The notes under the pieces are model-generated. The model was not told where the DNA came from. It worked only from the letters and a program-made list of their open reading frames with translations, and did no database searches. From Flavisolibacter sp. (lineage in GTDB: Bacteria > Bacteroidota > Bacteroidia > Chitinophagales > Chitinophagaceae), in contig DAIQPL010000003.1 of the NCBI GenBank assembly GCA_036787395.1, positions 1-41,947 on the forward strand: a DNA stretch of 41,947 nucleotides, in the 5' to 3' direction. Positions 28,083 to 37,211 of the stretch are shown here, one piece after another. Within the stretch, counting starts at the first letter, position 1; every line of letters begins with the position of its first letter. Made by a program: the position numbers and the translations under genes.

Positions 28083-29108
28083 TCATCGCTGAACACGACC
28101 GGATGCATCACCCTTCATCAGGTCTTTTACTTCACTTAATGTAGCATGGTTTAAATCACCCGGTATGGTATGTTTTATGGCTGAAGCAGCCACACCAAAT
28201 TCAGCCGCATCTTTCATGGGCATTCCGGTAACCAGCCCATAAATAAATCCACTTGCAAAGGAATCGCCGCTGCCCACGCGGTCAATAATGCGAACTTCAT
28301 ATTGCCTGGTATGATAAAAATCATTGCCGTCATACACAAGAGCACTCCATCCATTATCACTGGCACTATGGCTCTCACGCAGAGAAGAAGCAATGTATTT
28401 AAATCCAAACTTTTCTTTCATTTGCCTGAACACGTCTTTAAAACCTTCGAGGTTTAACTCACCTTTGGTAACGTCGGTATCTTTTGCTTTAAAGCCTAGG
28501 GTTGTATCGGCATCTTCTTCATTACCTATACACACATCTACATATTGACAAAGACGGCTCATCACCTCTCTTGCTTTTTCCTTTGTCCACAATTTTTTTC
28601 GGTAATTCAAATCAATGCTTGTAGTAATACCTTTTGCTTTGGCCGCTTTCAGCGCAGCTTCTGTCAGGGCAGCAGCTTTATCACTCAAAGCCGGCGTAAT
28701 GCCTGTAGTATGAAACCAATCAGCGCCTTCTAAAATTTTATCGAAATCAAATTCAGAAGCATCAACATCGGCAATGGAAGCACCGGCACGATCATAAATA
28801 ACCTGCGAAGCTCTCATGGAAGCACCTGTCTCCAGGAAATAAATACCCAACCGGTCGCCACCTCTTGCTATAAACTGTGTATCTACACCATAACGGCGCA
28901 GGTGGTTAATAGCTGATTGCCCAATGGCATTATTAGGAACCTTTGTTACAAAAGTTCCGTTCAGGCCATAGTTACACAAAGCCGCAGCCACATTGGCTTC
29001 GCCGCCACCATAGGTCACATCAAAGCTATCGGCCTGTACAAATCTTTTATAATCCGGTGTTGATAAGCGCAACATAATTTCTCCAAGTGTTACAACTTTC
29101 TTCGACAT
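28083..29108 (-). CDS. kdgK: 2-keto-3-deoxygluconate kinase (PfkB family)
   Basis: GEIMLRL, GGGEANVA, DLNYRKKLW and DRVGSGDSF. Confidence 0.92.
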   Translation of the reverse strand: MSKKVVTLGEIMLRLSTPDYKRFVQADSFDVTYGGGEANVAAALCNYGLNGTFVTKVPNNAIGQSAINHLRRYGVDTQFIARGGDRLGIYFLETGASMRASQVIYDRAGASIADVDASEFDFDKILEGADWFHTTGITPALSDKAAALTEAALKAAKAKGITTSIDLNYRKKLWTKEKAREVMSRLCQYVDVCIGNEEDADTTLGFKAKDTDVTKGELNLEGFKDVFRQMKEKFGFKYIASSLRESHSASDNGWSALVYDGNDFYHTRQYEVRIIDRVGSGDSFASGFIYGLVTGMPMKDAAEFGVAASAIKHTIPGDLNHATLSEVKDLMKGDASGRVQR

Positions 29109-29159
29109 GGTAATTCCTTTTGTTTAGTTAAGTATTTAAATTTTTGATGTAGCTGTTTC

Positions 29160-30785
29160 TTAAAAAATATATTTAGTACTTAAAAAGTTTGACTGGTGCC
29201 CGTGTACAATTTCGTTCAGCAACTGCTTATTGGTTTCATTCAGTTTGGTAGCTACCAAAGAGCGTATAGAAAACGAACGCAAGGCGTCTACAACTGAAAG
29301 TGTACCTTCTGCACTATCCTTGCGGCCAGTGAATGGAAACACATCCGGTCCACGCTGGCATTGGCAATTAATATTTACACGGCTTACCTGGTTTACAAGG
29401 GGATCGATAGTAGTTGCGACTTCTTCAGAATCGTTGCTAAAGATACTTACTTGCTGACCATGCGTTGACTCAATAATATATTCTATTGGTTCATCTATAT
29501 CTTCGTACGCTACTACGGGTATAACAGGTCCAAATTGTTCTTCGCGATACAATTTCATGTTTTTATTAACGGGAAAAATAACAGCAGGATAAACAAACGA
29601 CTCAACTGTTTCACCACCATTTTCGTTGACAACCTTGGCGCCATTGGCGATGGCATCGTCGATACATTCTCTCAGATAACCGGGCTTGTGCGGCTCCGGT
29701 AGAGGTGTTAGGGTAACACCCTCTGTCCATGGCATACCAAACTTTAATTTGCCTACGGCTTCGGTTAAGCTTTGCACAAACTTCTCTGCAATATTCTTAT
29801 GAACAAATATGATCTTTAATGCCGTGCAACGTTGTCCGTTGAACGAGAGTGAACCTAATACCGTTTCCTGTACCGCCAGTTTCAGGTCTGCATTTTCAGT
29901 GATGATCGCTGCATTCTTTGCATCCAATCCAAGTATAGCCCTCAGGCGGTTTACTTTAGGATGCAGTTTTTTTAATTCATTGGCAACTTTGCTGGAACCG
30001 ATCAACGTAAGCACATTTATTTTTCCGGATTGCATTAACGCAGGTACAATGGTATGACCTCTTCCGTAGATTGTATTCACCACACCTTTTGGAAATGATT
30101 CCTGGAAGGCCTGCAGCAATGGATAGTGCAATAACGTACCATGTTTTGGCGGTTTGAATAATAAAGTATTGCCCATAATGATAGCTGGAATCAAGGTGGT
30201 AAACGTTTCGTTCAGGGGATAATTAAATGGCCCCATACATAATACCACACCCAATGGCGAACGGCGGATTTGTGCAATGATTCCCTGTTCGCTTTCAAAA
30301 CGGGATGATTGACGATCCAAATCTTTTAGTGCATCGATGGTGGCATAGATATATTCAACGGTACGGTCAAATTCTTTTATAGAATCGGCATATGATTTTC
30401 CAATTTCCCACATGATCAGTTTTACCACAATGTCTTTTTGCTGTAGCATTTTGTGTGTGAAATTTTCAATGCAGTTAATTCTTTCAGCTACTGACATGGT
30501 AGGCCATTCGCCACGGCCATTATCGTAGGCTGCTACAGCCGCGTCCAGCGCTTCCAGGGCTTCTTTTTCCGTACATACAGGATAGGATCCAATTAACTTT
30601 CTTTCCAGTCCTTTTTCTGTTCGGATACAAATGGGCGAATACACCTGGTGTACCGGTCCATCCCAATGAAGCATTTCTCCGTTTGAAAGAAATTCACGTT
30701 GATCGATAGGTAAAGAGAGGCGATGTTTTTCCGGAACTTGTTCTTCTGTAACAAAAATATTTTCCAACTCGTTTAAAAAACTCAT
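29160..30785 (-). CDS. gapN: Non-phosphorylating NADP-dependent glyceraldehyde-3-phosphate dehydrogenase (ALDH superfamily)
   Basis: GPFNYPLNE, KPP, GQRCTA (catalytic Cys), EEQFGP, QRGPDVFPFTGRKDS. Confidence 0.82.
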   Translation of the reverse strand: MSFLNELENIFVTEEQVPEKHRLSLPIDQREFLSNGEMLHWDGPVHQVYSPICIRTEKGLERKLIGSYPVCTEKEALEALDAAVAAYDNGRGEWPTMSVAERINCIENFTHKMLQQKDIVVKLIMWEIGKSYADSIKEFDRTVEYIYATIDALKDLDRQSSRFESEQGIIAQIRRSPLGVVLCMGPFNYPLNETFTTLIPAIIMGNTLLFKPPKHGTLLHYPLLQAFQESFPKGVVNTIYGRGHTIVPALMQSGKINVLTLIGSSKVANELKKLHPKVNRLRAILGLDAKNAAIITENADLKLAVQETVLGSLSFNGQRCTALKIIFVHKNIAEKFVQSLTEAVGKLKFGMPWTEGVTLTPLPEPHKPGYLRECIDDAIANGAKVVNENGGETVESFVYPAVIFPVNKNMKLYREEQFGPVIPVVAYEDIDEPIEYIIESTHGQQVSIFSNDSEEVATTIDPLVNQVSRVNINCQCQRGPDVFPFTGRKDSAEGTLSVVDALRSFSIRSLVATKLNETNKQLLNEIVHGHQSNFLSTKYIF

Positions 30786-30800
30786 ACTGTTGATTATAGA

Positions 30801-32237
30801 TTATAACGTTTGTAATTGTGTAGGCTGTTCAACTTCTTTCCAGTTAAAATAATTGCTGGCGTTGTAATAGGAAATATCCTGGACAACCTTTCCCGTCCAC
30901 TGGATGTCATTTGGCAGTTCTCCATTTTCAATCTCTTCACCAAACAGGTTGCATAAAATGCGACGGAAATATTCATGACGCGGATAGGAAAGGAAGCTGC
31001 GGGAATCGGTAAGCATACCAACAAACCGGCTTAATAACCCCATGTTGGAAAGTGCATTGATCTGTTTGATCATGCCATCCTTTTGGTCGAGGAACCACCA
31101 GCCGGAACCGTATTGTATTTTACCTGCTACAGATCCATCATTAAAGTTACCAACCATGGTAGCCATCAGGTCATTGTCGGCAGGATTTAGGTTATATAAA
31201 ATAGTTTTTGCCAACTGATTATTTGTATCGAGGCGGTCTAAGAATTTAGACAAAGCTCTTCCCTGCGAAAAGTCACCCATGCTATCCCAACCCGTATCCG
31301 GACCTAGCTGTTTCAACATCCGGGAGTTGTTGTTACGCAGTGCGCCAAGGTGGTATTGCTGCACCCATCCTTTTTCCCAATCCCATATAGAAAATGTTTC
31401 CAGCATTGCTGATCTGAATTTCAACCTATCTTCCAGGGATAACTCTTTGCCGGAACGAATTTTTGTAAAAATATTTTCAACTTCTGCTTGTGTGTAGTCT
31501 TCTGCGTAAATCTGCTCCAGTCCGTGGTCGGATACAGAGCAATCCATAGAAGCGAAAAAGTCGTGGCGGTTTTTTAGTGCATCCAGGTAATCGGCATAAG
31601 AGGCAATGTTGACATTGCTGACCGTTTCTAAGTTTGATAAATAGGCATTAAACGCTGTTGCATCATCTACATTCATCGCCTTATCCGGACGATAGGCAGG
31701 AAGAATACGAATGTCAAAACCATCGTCTTTTATTTTTTGGTGATACTCCAAAGAATCAATGGGATCATCTGTGGTACAAACCACTTTTACATGCATGCCG
31801 CGTAACAGGTTGCGTACAGAATATTCAGGCGTTCTCAGTTTTTCTGTACACTCATTATATATCTTTTCTGCAGTTTCTCCATTCAATATTTCATACACAT
31901 CAAAATACCGCTGCAATTCCAGGTGTGCCCAATGATATAAAGGATTTCGCAACGTGTAAGGAACTGTTTCAGCCCATTTTTTAAATTTTTCAAAATCCGG
32001 TTTGTTGCCTGTGCAATAACCTTCGGGTACACCGTTTGTACGCATCGCTCTCCACTTATAATGATCGCCATACAACCAAACCTGTGTAAGATTTTCAAAA
32101 TTAATATCATTGGCAATCTGGTCTGGTGGAAGATGACAATGATAATCGATAATGGGCATGTCTTTGGCAAACTCATGATACAGCCGCTGGGCGGTTTTGG
32201 TTTGCAGTAAAAAATTGTCGTCCAGAAATTTTTTCAT
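30801..32237 (-). CDS. uxaC: Uronate isomerase
   Basis: IIDYHCH, GDHYKWRAMR, GWWFLD and TDSRSFLSYPRHEYFRR. Confidence 0.97.
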   Translation of the reverse strand: MKKFLDDNFLLQTKTAQRLYHEFAKDMPIIDYHCHLPPDQIANDINFENLTQVWLYGDHYKWRAMRTNGVPEGYCTGNKPDFEKFKKWAETVPYTLRNPLYHWAHLELQRYFDVYEILNGETAEKIYNECTEKLRTPEYSVRNLLRGMHVKVVCTTDDPIDSLEYHQKIKDDGFDIRILPAYRPDKAMNVDDATAFNAYLSNLETVSNVNIASYADYLDALKNRHDFFASMDCSVSDHGLEQIYAEDYTQAEVENIFTKIRSGKELSLEDRLKFRSAMLETFSIWDWEKGWVQQYHLGALRNNNSRMLKQLGPDTGWDSMGDFSQGRALSKFLDRLDTNNQLAKTILYNLNPADNDLMATMVGNFNDGSVAGKIQYGSGWWFLDQKDGMIKQINALSNMGLLSRFVGMLTDSRSFLSYPRHEYFRRILCNLFGEEIENGELPNDIQWTGKVVQDISYYNASNYFNWKEVEQPTQLQTL

Positions 32238-32251
32238 AATCCGAAATATGG

Positions 32252-32890
32252 TCTACCTTTTTATGTCCTGTAAGGACATATGATCGGTAGAATGGTTTTA
32301 GTTGTTATTACGTTCCTTGGGAACGTCTGTTGATCTCTATGTATTAAAATATTGTTCATGGCTAATACCTATACGCAATTGCATATTCAATTTGTTTTTG
32401 CTGTAAAATATCGTGAAGCCCTGATCCACGATCTATGGAGAAGCAGGCTGCACCAATATATAACGGGTATTTTTCAAAACAATCATCACAAAATGCTCCA
32501 GATTAATAGCGTGGCCGACCACATTCATATTCTTATTGGTCTTCGGCCCGACCAATCTATTTCCTCACTTATACAAAATGTAAAATCAGAAAGTACGAAA
32601 TGGATAAAGCACGAAAAACTCTCTCTTTCTTTTGCCTGGCAGGAAGGATATGGTGCTTTCTCCTATTCGAAGAGTCACCTTCCTGATGTGATTCGTTATA
32701 TTCAAACCCAGGAAGAACATCACAAAAAAGAAACCTTCCTTAGTGAATACAAACGATTACTTACGGCTTTTGCAATTGATTTTGATGAACAATATATTTT
32801 CAAAGAACCTATTTAATTTTTCAGGCGTTCCGAGGGAACGCTCCCTTCATTCTTTCTATGCTACCAATCAATTGTCCTGATGGGACAATT
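32252..32890 (+). mobile_element. IS200-like / REP-associated Y1 element with inverted double-hairpin ends
   Basis: Hairpins at 32262-32280, 32310-32326, 32825-32841 and 32870-32890 flank a solo tnpA. Exact boundaries are uncertain. Confidence 0.75.
32358..32816 (+). CDS. tnpA: HUH Y1 transposase (IS200/IS605 TnpA superfamily)
   Basis: HUH motif DHIHIL, WQEGYGAFS, catalytic Y in YIQTQ; ATG start MANTYTQ; no tnpB. Confidence 0.92.
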   Translation: MANTYTQLHIQFVFAVKYREALIHDLWRSRLHQYITGIFQNNHHKMLQINSVADHIHILIGLRPDQSISSLIQNVKSESTKWIKHEKLSLSFAWQEGYGAFSYSKSHLPDVIRYIQTQEEHHKKETFLSEYKRLLTAFAIDFDEQYIFKEPI

Positions 32891-34526
32891 AGAGAGATAC
32901 CCCACGCTTCCATGGAATGAAATCATCCTGGTTCAATTGAACAGCCTTGGGTGTTACTTCACCACTTGCTGCCTTAATGCAATATTCCAGGATCTCTTCG
33001 CCCATTTGTTCAATTGTTTTTTCGCCCTCAATAATTGGCCCTGTATCGATGTCAATAATGTCACGCATTCTTTTAGCCAGCTTTGAATTGGTAGCTACTT
33101 TAATTGTTGGACAAACAGGATTGCCGGTTGGTGTTCCCAAGCCTGTTGTAAACAGAATTAATGTGGCTCCTGAAGCGGCCTTTCCAGTTGTAGCTTCTAC
33201 ATCGTTACCGGGTGTGCATACCAAATTCAGTCCCGGCTTTGTTACAGGCTCGGTGTAGTCCAGCACATCAACAACCGGTGATGTTCCACCCTTTTTAGCC
33301 GCACCTGCACTTTTAATAGCGTCTGTGATCAATCCATCTTTTATATTTCCTGGGGAAGGGTTCATGTGAAAACCCGAACCTACTCTTGTTACAATTTCTT
33401 CATAGCTTTTCATCAGCTGCATGAATTTACGGGCTGTAGGCTCATTCACAGAACGGTCAATCAATTCCTGCTCTACCCCGCAGAGTTCTGGAAATTCTGC
33501 TAATAAAACTTTAGCTCCTAATGCTACTAACAAATCGGAGCAATAGCCTACGGCGGGATTAGCTGAAATACCACTAAAGCCGTCGCTTCCGCCACACTTT
33601 ACGCCCACAGTAAGTTTATCAAGTTTAGCCGGTTTTCTTTCCAGTTTATTTATTTCAACAAGACCTTCGAAAGTTTTTTTAATGGCTTCTGCAATCATTT
33701 GTTCTTCACTCTTTGATTGCTGTTGCTCGAAAATATAAAGAGGCTTATTAAATTGTGGGTTGCGTTGTTTCAGATCGCTGAGAAAATCATTCACCTGCAG
33801 GTTCTGACAACCCAAACTTAAAACGGTGATTCCACTTACATTAGGATGATCGGCATAAGCGACTAATAGCTTACTTAAAATAGCAGCGTCCTGACGAATG
33901 CCACCACAACCGCCCTGGTGATTTAAGAATTTAATTCCATCTACATTTTTAAAAACCCTGCTGTGATTATTCCCGGCCGGTGCCAGGTCAATGGTCTCAA
34001 TTTGCTCCCCTTTTTTGAAAGCTTCAACCAGGTGATGTGCATATTGTTTATACTTGTCTGTAACAGCATACCCCAATTCATTATGCAAGACTTCGCGAAT
34101 GACATCTAGATTCCGGTTCTCACAAAAAACAGTTGGGATAAATAACCAGTAATTAGCAGTGCCAACTCTTCCGTCGCTCCTGTGATAGCCGTTGAAAGTT
34201 CGGTTCTGAAATTTAGAAACATCAGGCGCTTTCCATTGATACGAAGATCCGCGGTAATTATAGGGATCCGCTGCATGCTTTACATTAGAGGTTGTCATTA
34301 GAGCCCCTTGTGGAATAAAATATTGGGCTTTACCTACCAACACACCGTACATGATCACTTCGTCGCCGTGGTTCATATCCTTTACAAAAAACTTGTGCTT
34401 GGCAGGAATGTCATCAACAATGCTGTACGTTGTTCCATTATAAGACACAGCTTCACCCCTGGCAATATCGTGCAGCGCCACAATTACATTATCATCCGTA
34501 TGAACCTTCAATACGCCTTGTTTCAT
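32889..34526 (-). CDS. uxaA: Altronate dehydratase
   Basis: N-terminal SAF domain, KCGGSDGFSGISANP, NPSPGNIKDG and FTTGLGTP. Confidence 0.95.
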   Translation of the reverse strand: MKQGVLKVHTDDNVIVALHDIARGEAVSYNGTTYSIVDDIPAKHKFFVKDMNHGDEVIMYGVLVGKAQYFIPQGALMTTSNVKHAADPYNYRGSSYQWKAPDVSKFQNRTFNGYHRSDGRVGTANYWLFIPTVFCENRNLDVIREVLHNELGYAVTDKYKQYAHHLVEAFKKGEQIETIDLAPAGNNHSRVFKNVDGIKFLNHQGGCGGIRQDAAILSKLLVAYADHPNVSGITVLSLGCQNLQVNDFLSDLKQRNPQFNKPLYIFEQQQSKSEEQMIAEAIKKTFEGLVEINKLERKPAKLDKLTVGVKCGGSDGFSGISANPAVGYCSDLLVALGAKVLLAEFPELCGVEQELIDRSVNEPTARKFMQLMKSYEEIVTRVGSGFHMNPSPGNIKDGLITDAIKSAGAAKKGGTSPVVDVLDYTEPVTKPGLNLVCTPGNDVEATTGKAASGATLILFTTGLGTPTGNPVCPTIKVATNSKLAKRMRDIIDIDTGPIIEGEKTIEQMGEEILEYCIKAASGEVTPKAVQLNQDDFIPWKRGVSL

Positions 34527-36049
34527 GCAACAAATACTTTTTTTGTATGAACGGTCTCTACAAGTTCTCTCGCCCCGTTACTCAACATCAAATTTAGTTT
34601 ATCTGTAACTGCTTGCGCAAATCCCGGTAGTACATATAAGTCTTCACCCCAAAAAGCCGCATCACTTAGCACTTCTTTCACCAAAGCTACTGTAGTCAAT
34701 CCCGCCCACCGCTTATAAAACACTTCTGCCTGCTCGTCCTGCACCAGGTAAGGTTCACCGTTAAGTTCGCCATAATATCTACCCTCTTTTTTGTTGACGG
34801 CTTTCATGAAGTATAGAAATCCTGCAAATCCAAGGGCAAACAATTCCGGAACTGTTTCGCTCTGCTGGTAATGTTTTATCAGAATGGGAATACAACGCAG
34901 CTTCATCTTAGAACTATACTGCATAGTAATGTTGATCCACAGATGCTTGATGTGGGGGTTACGAAAACGATCGAGTACTTTTTTGCCAAAATTCTGAGCT
35001 ACAGGCAAGCTAACGTCGTAAGGGATAGATGGTGCTAATTCATTTTGCATTAAATCCGCAATGAAAGACGATACGGCGTCATCATCCATCGCCTGCTTCA
35101 CCGTTTCGCAACCCGCTAAAAAAGCAAGTCCACAACTTAAAGTATGTGTGCCATTCAGCAGGCGCAATTTAAGTTCACGATAAATGTCAATGTTGGGTTC
35201 AATAACCATACCTTCTTCCACCTGAGCAAATGAAAGAATATTTTTTACCTGTTCGGTCCCTTCAATCGCCCATAAACGATATAGTTCGGACATCGTTAGC
35301 AAACTATCAGAATAACCCAGACTACTTTCAATTGATGACTGGAGTTCTTCATCTGGCTTGCCGGGAACTATACGATCCACGAGGGAATTGCAAAAGCAAT
35401 TGTGGTTTTCAATCCACTCAATAAATTCCTCTTCCAAACTGTTCAGGTGTGCCAGTTCCAACACAATGGACTCAAGCTTTTTACCATTATCCGGAATCAG
35501 TTCCGTTGGAACAATCACCATGCCGCTGTGTGCACTTCCATTAAATGCTTTAAAGCGTTCGTATAAAAAAGCTAACAACTTTCCTGGAAAAGACTTTGGG
35601 GGATGATGACGCACATCATCATTCACTAATTGAATACCCACTTCAGTTGTATTGGAAATGATAACCTGCATTTGCCGGTTGTGGGCACATTCCAACACCT
35701 GCTCCCATTCTTCGGCAGCGCTTAACACACGGCTGATGGAAGCGTTAATAAGATTCTCTTCCACTTTCTGCCCATTTTCCAAACCTCTTACACATAAGGT
35801 ATACAAACCATCCTGCTTATCAAAGGAGGACGAATCGCCTTGTGAAGTAGACTTTACTACCACAATGCGACCGTTAAATATTCCTTTACGATTGGCCTTG
35901 TCTATAAAATAATCTGGCAGGCCACGTAACAGAACACCTGTACCAAACTGCAACACTTTTTCAGGCAGTTCAAACAGTGATTCGTCCGGAACAACTACAG
36001 AATCACTGATAATGTTTTTTAAAGTATAACGAGACAAAATCATAATCAA
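34523..36049 (-). CDS. uxaB: Tagaturonate reductase (altronate oxidoreductase)
   Basis: LQFGTGVLLRG, ISNTTE, SFPGKL, LVDRIV, KLRLLNGTH, RFRNP; ATGA overlap with uxaA. Confidence 0.93.
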   Translation of the reverse strand: MIMILSRYTLKNIISDSVVVPDESLFELPEKVLQFGTGVLLRGLPDYFIDKANRKGIFNGRIVVVKSTSQGDSSSFDKQDGLYTLCVRGLENGQKVEENLINASISRVLSAAEEWEQVLECAHNRQMQVIISNTTEVGIQLVNDDVRHHPPKSFPGKLLAFLYERFKAFNGSAHSGMVIVPTELIPDNGKKLESIVLELAHLNSLEEEFIEWIENHNCFCNSLVDRIVPGKPDEELQSSIESSLGYSDSLLTMSELYRLWAIEGTEQVKNILSFAQVEEGMVIEPNIDIYRELKLRLLNGTHTLSCGLAFLAGCETVKQAMDDDAVSSFIADLMQNELAPSIPYDVSLPVAQNFGKKVLDRFRNPHIKHLWINITMQYSSKMKLRCIPILIKHYQQSETVPELFALGFAGFLYFMKAVNKKEGRYYGELNGEPYLVQDEQAEVFYKRWAGLTTVALVKEVLSDAAFWGEDLYVLPGFAQAVTDKLNLMLSNGARELVETVHTKKVFVA

Positions 36050-36155
36050 ATTTTATTATTAAGCTGGCATCAACGTGAAACGTGAGAGGTCCAACATCAA
36101 ATCTTAATTTATTGGCTCCCCTATATTTATATTTAAAGGAGTTTTTTACCAGTGC

Positions 36156-37211
36156 TTAATTGGCAACCGCCAATTGCCCATTCTTTTTCGATTTGCTTTG
36201 TGGATTCCACTTTCCTTTGAATAACCAATCAACTGTTATATCGCCTGCCTTTGGCGAACCAGGCGCTGTTGCCAGGTTATTAAAAAACCAGGTGTAATCG
36301 CCACCTTCTTTATGGCAGTCTGCATAGTAAATTCTTCTACCCCACAAAATGGTATTGTCAGTTGGCACCAGATAAATGTCTTTATCTGCCATGTTCTTTG
36401 AAAACTGGCAACTAACGAGGAAGAACTGTGCATCGCGATGGTACCTTCCCAGGTTAAAACCGCTGAAGCCGTCAAAGCGGCAATTTTTTAATACGGTTTT
36501 AAAATCGGCATTACCGGTTCCGTCATGCCAGATGCTGGCAGGTCCGGTATTGGCATAGAAAGTACAATTCTCAGCCCATGCCCATCCGCGTGGGCAATAA
36601 AAATCCACCCCACCTTCCATCACACAGTCCTTAAAGTAAAACATGCCGTCCACAGTGTTCCATGGACTTACCGTATCACCAGCCCATGCACGAAAGTGGC
36701 AATTAATGGCTTTGAGGCGTGTGCTTTTCATGGAACGCAGTGCCATTTGGTGACCGTCTTTTGTAATTGTTTTTTTGTGGGTCTCTGTATCTGCAGCGCA
36801 GGCAACAACTCTTGGTTCTTTATAGTTAAAACCATAATCGTTGGCAATCGTAAGATTCTTTAAAGTAATGTCATTGCCATTCAGGTTCATTGTGGCTACG
36901 CCCCAGTCATCGGGGTGATCGCAGCGCCATTCATCGCGGGCAATATCCTGCGTGATAATTGTTTTATCACGGTCCTTTCCCTCAAAAATGATGTTGTGTT
37001 TTGAAACAAATAATTTTTCCCTGTAAACACCAGGCAAAATATAAATAGTGCGTGGCTTCGCCGATGAATCAGGTAAACTATTGATCGCTTCCTGGATGGA
37101 TCTAAAATCTCCTTTACCATTAATGTCTACAACAATCTTTTTTTTGGCGAAAGAATGCAAGCCATTCAGGAGACCAATAAAAACAAAAAATATGGATAGC
37201 CCTTTCCTCAT
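36156..37211 (-). CDS. Pectinesterase-family protein (CE8-like), secreted
   Basis: GDFRSIQEAI, PGVYREK, QMAL, GDTV, EGGVDF and LGRY. Confidence 0.85.
   Translation of the reverse strand: MRKGLSIFFVFIGLLNGLHSFAKKKIVVDINGKGDFRSIQEAINSLPDSSAKPRTIYILPGVYREKLFVSKHNIIFEGKDRDKTIITQDIARDEWRCDHPDDWGVATMNLNGNDITLKNLTIANDYGFNYKEPRVVACAADTETHKKTITKDGHQMALRSMKSTRLKAINCHFRAWAGDTVSPWNTVDGMFYFKDCVMEGGVDFYCPRGWAWAENCTFYANTGPASIWHDGTGNADFKTVLKNCRFDGFSGFNLGRYHRDAQFFLVSCQFSKNMADKDIYLVPTDNTILWGRRIYYADCHKEGGDYTWFFNNLATAPGSPKAGDITVDWLFKGKWNPQSKSKKNGQLAVAN

Noticed and set aside
32252..32890. Possible TnpB/IscB RNA-guided system or CRISPR-like array around tnpA
   Set aside because: No nuclease ORF and no room for one; the hairpins are inverted pairs, not direct repeats with spacers.
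36071..36085. AACGTGA tandem heptamer between CE8 and uxaB
   Set aside because: Only two units; indistinguishable from chance.
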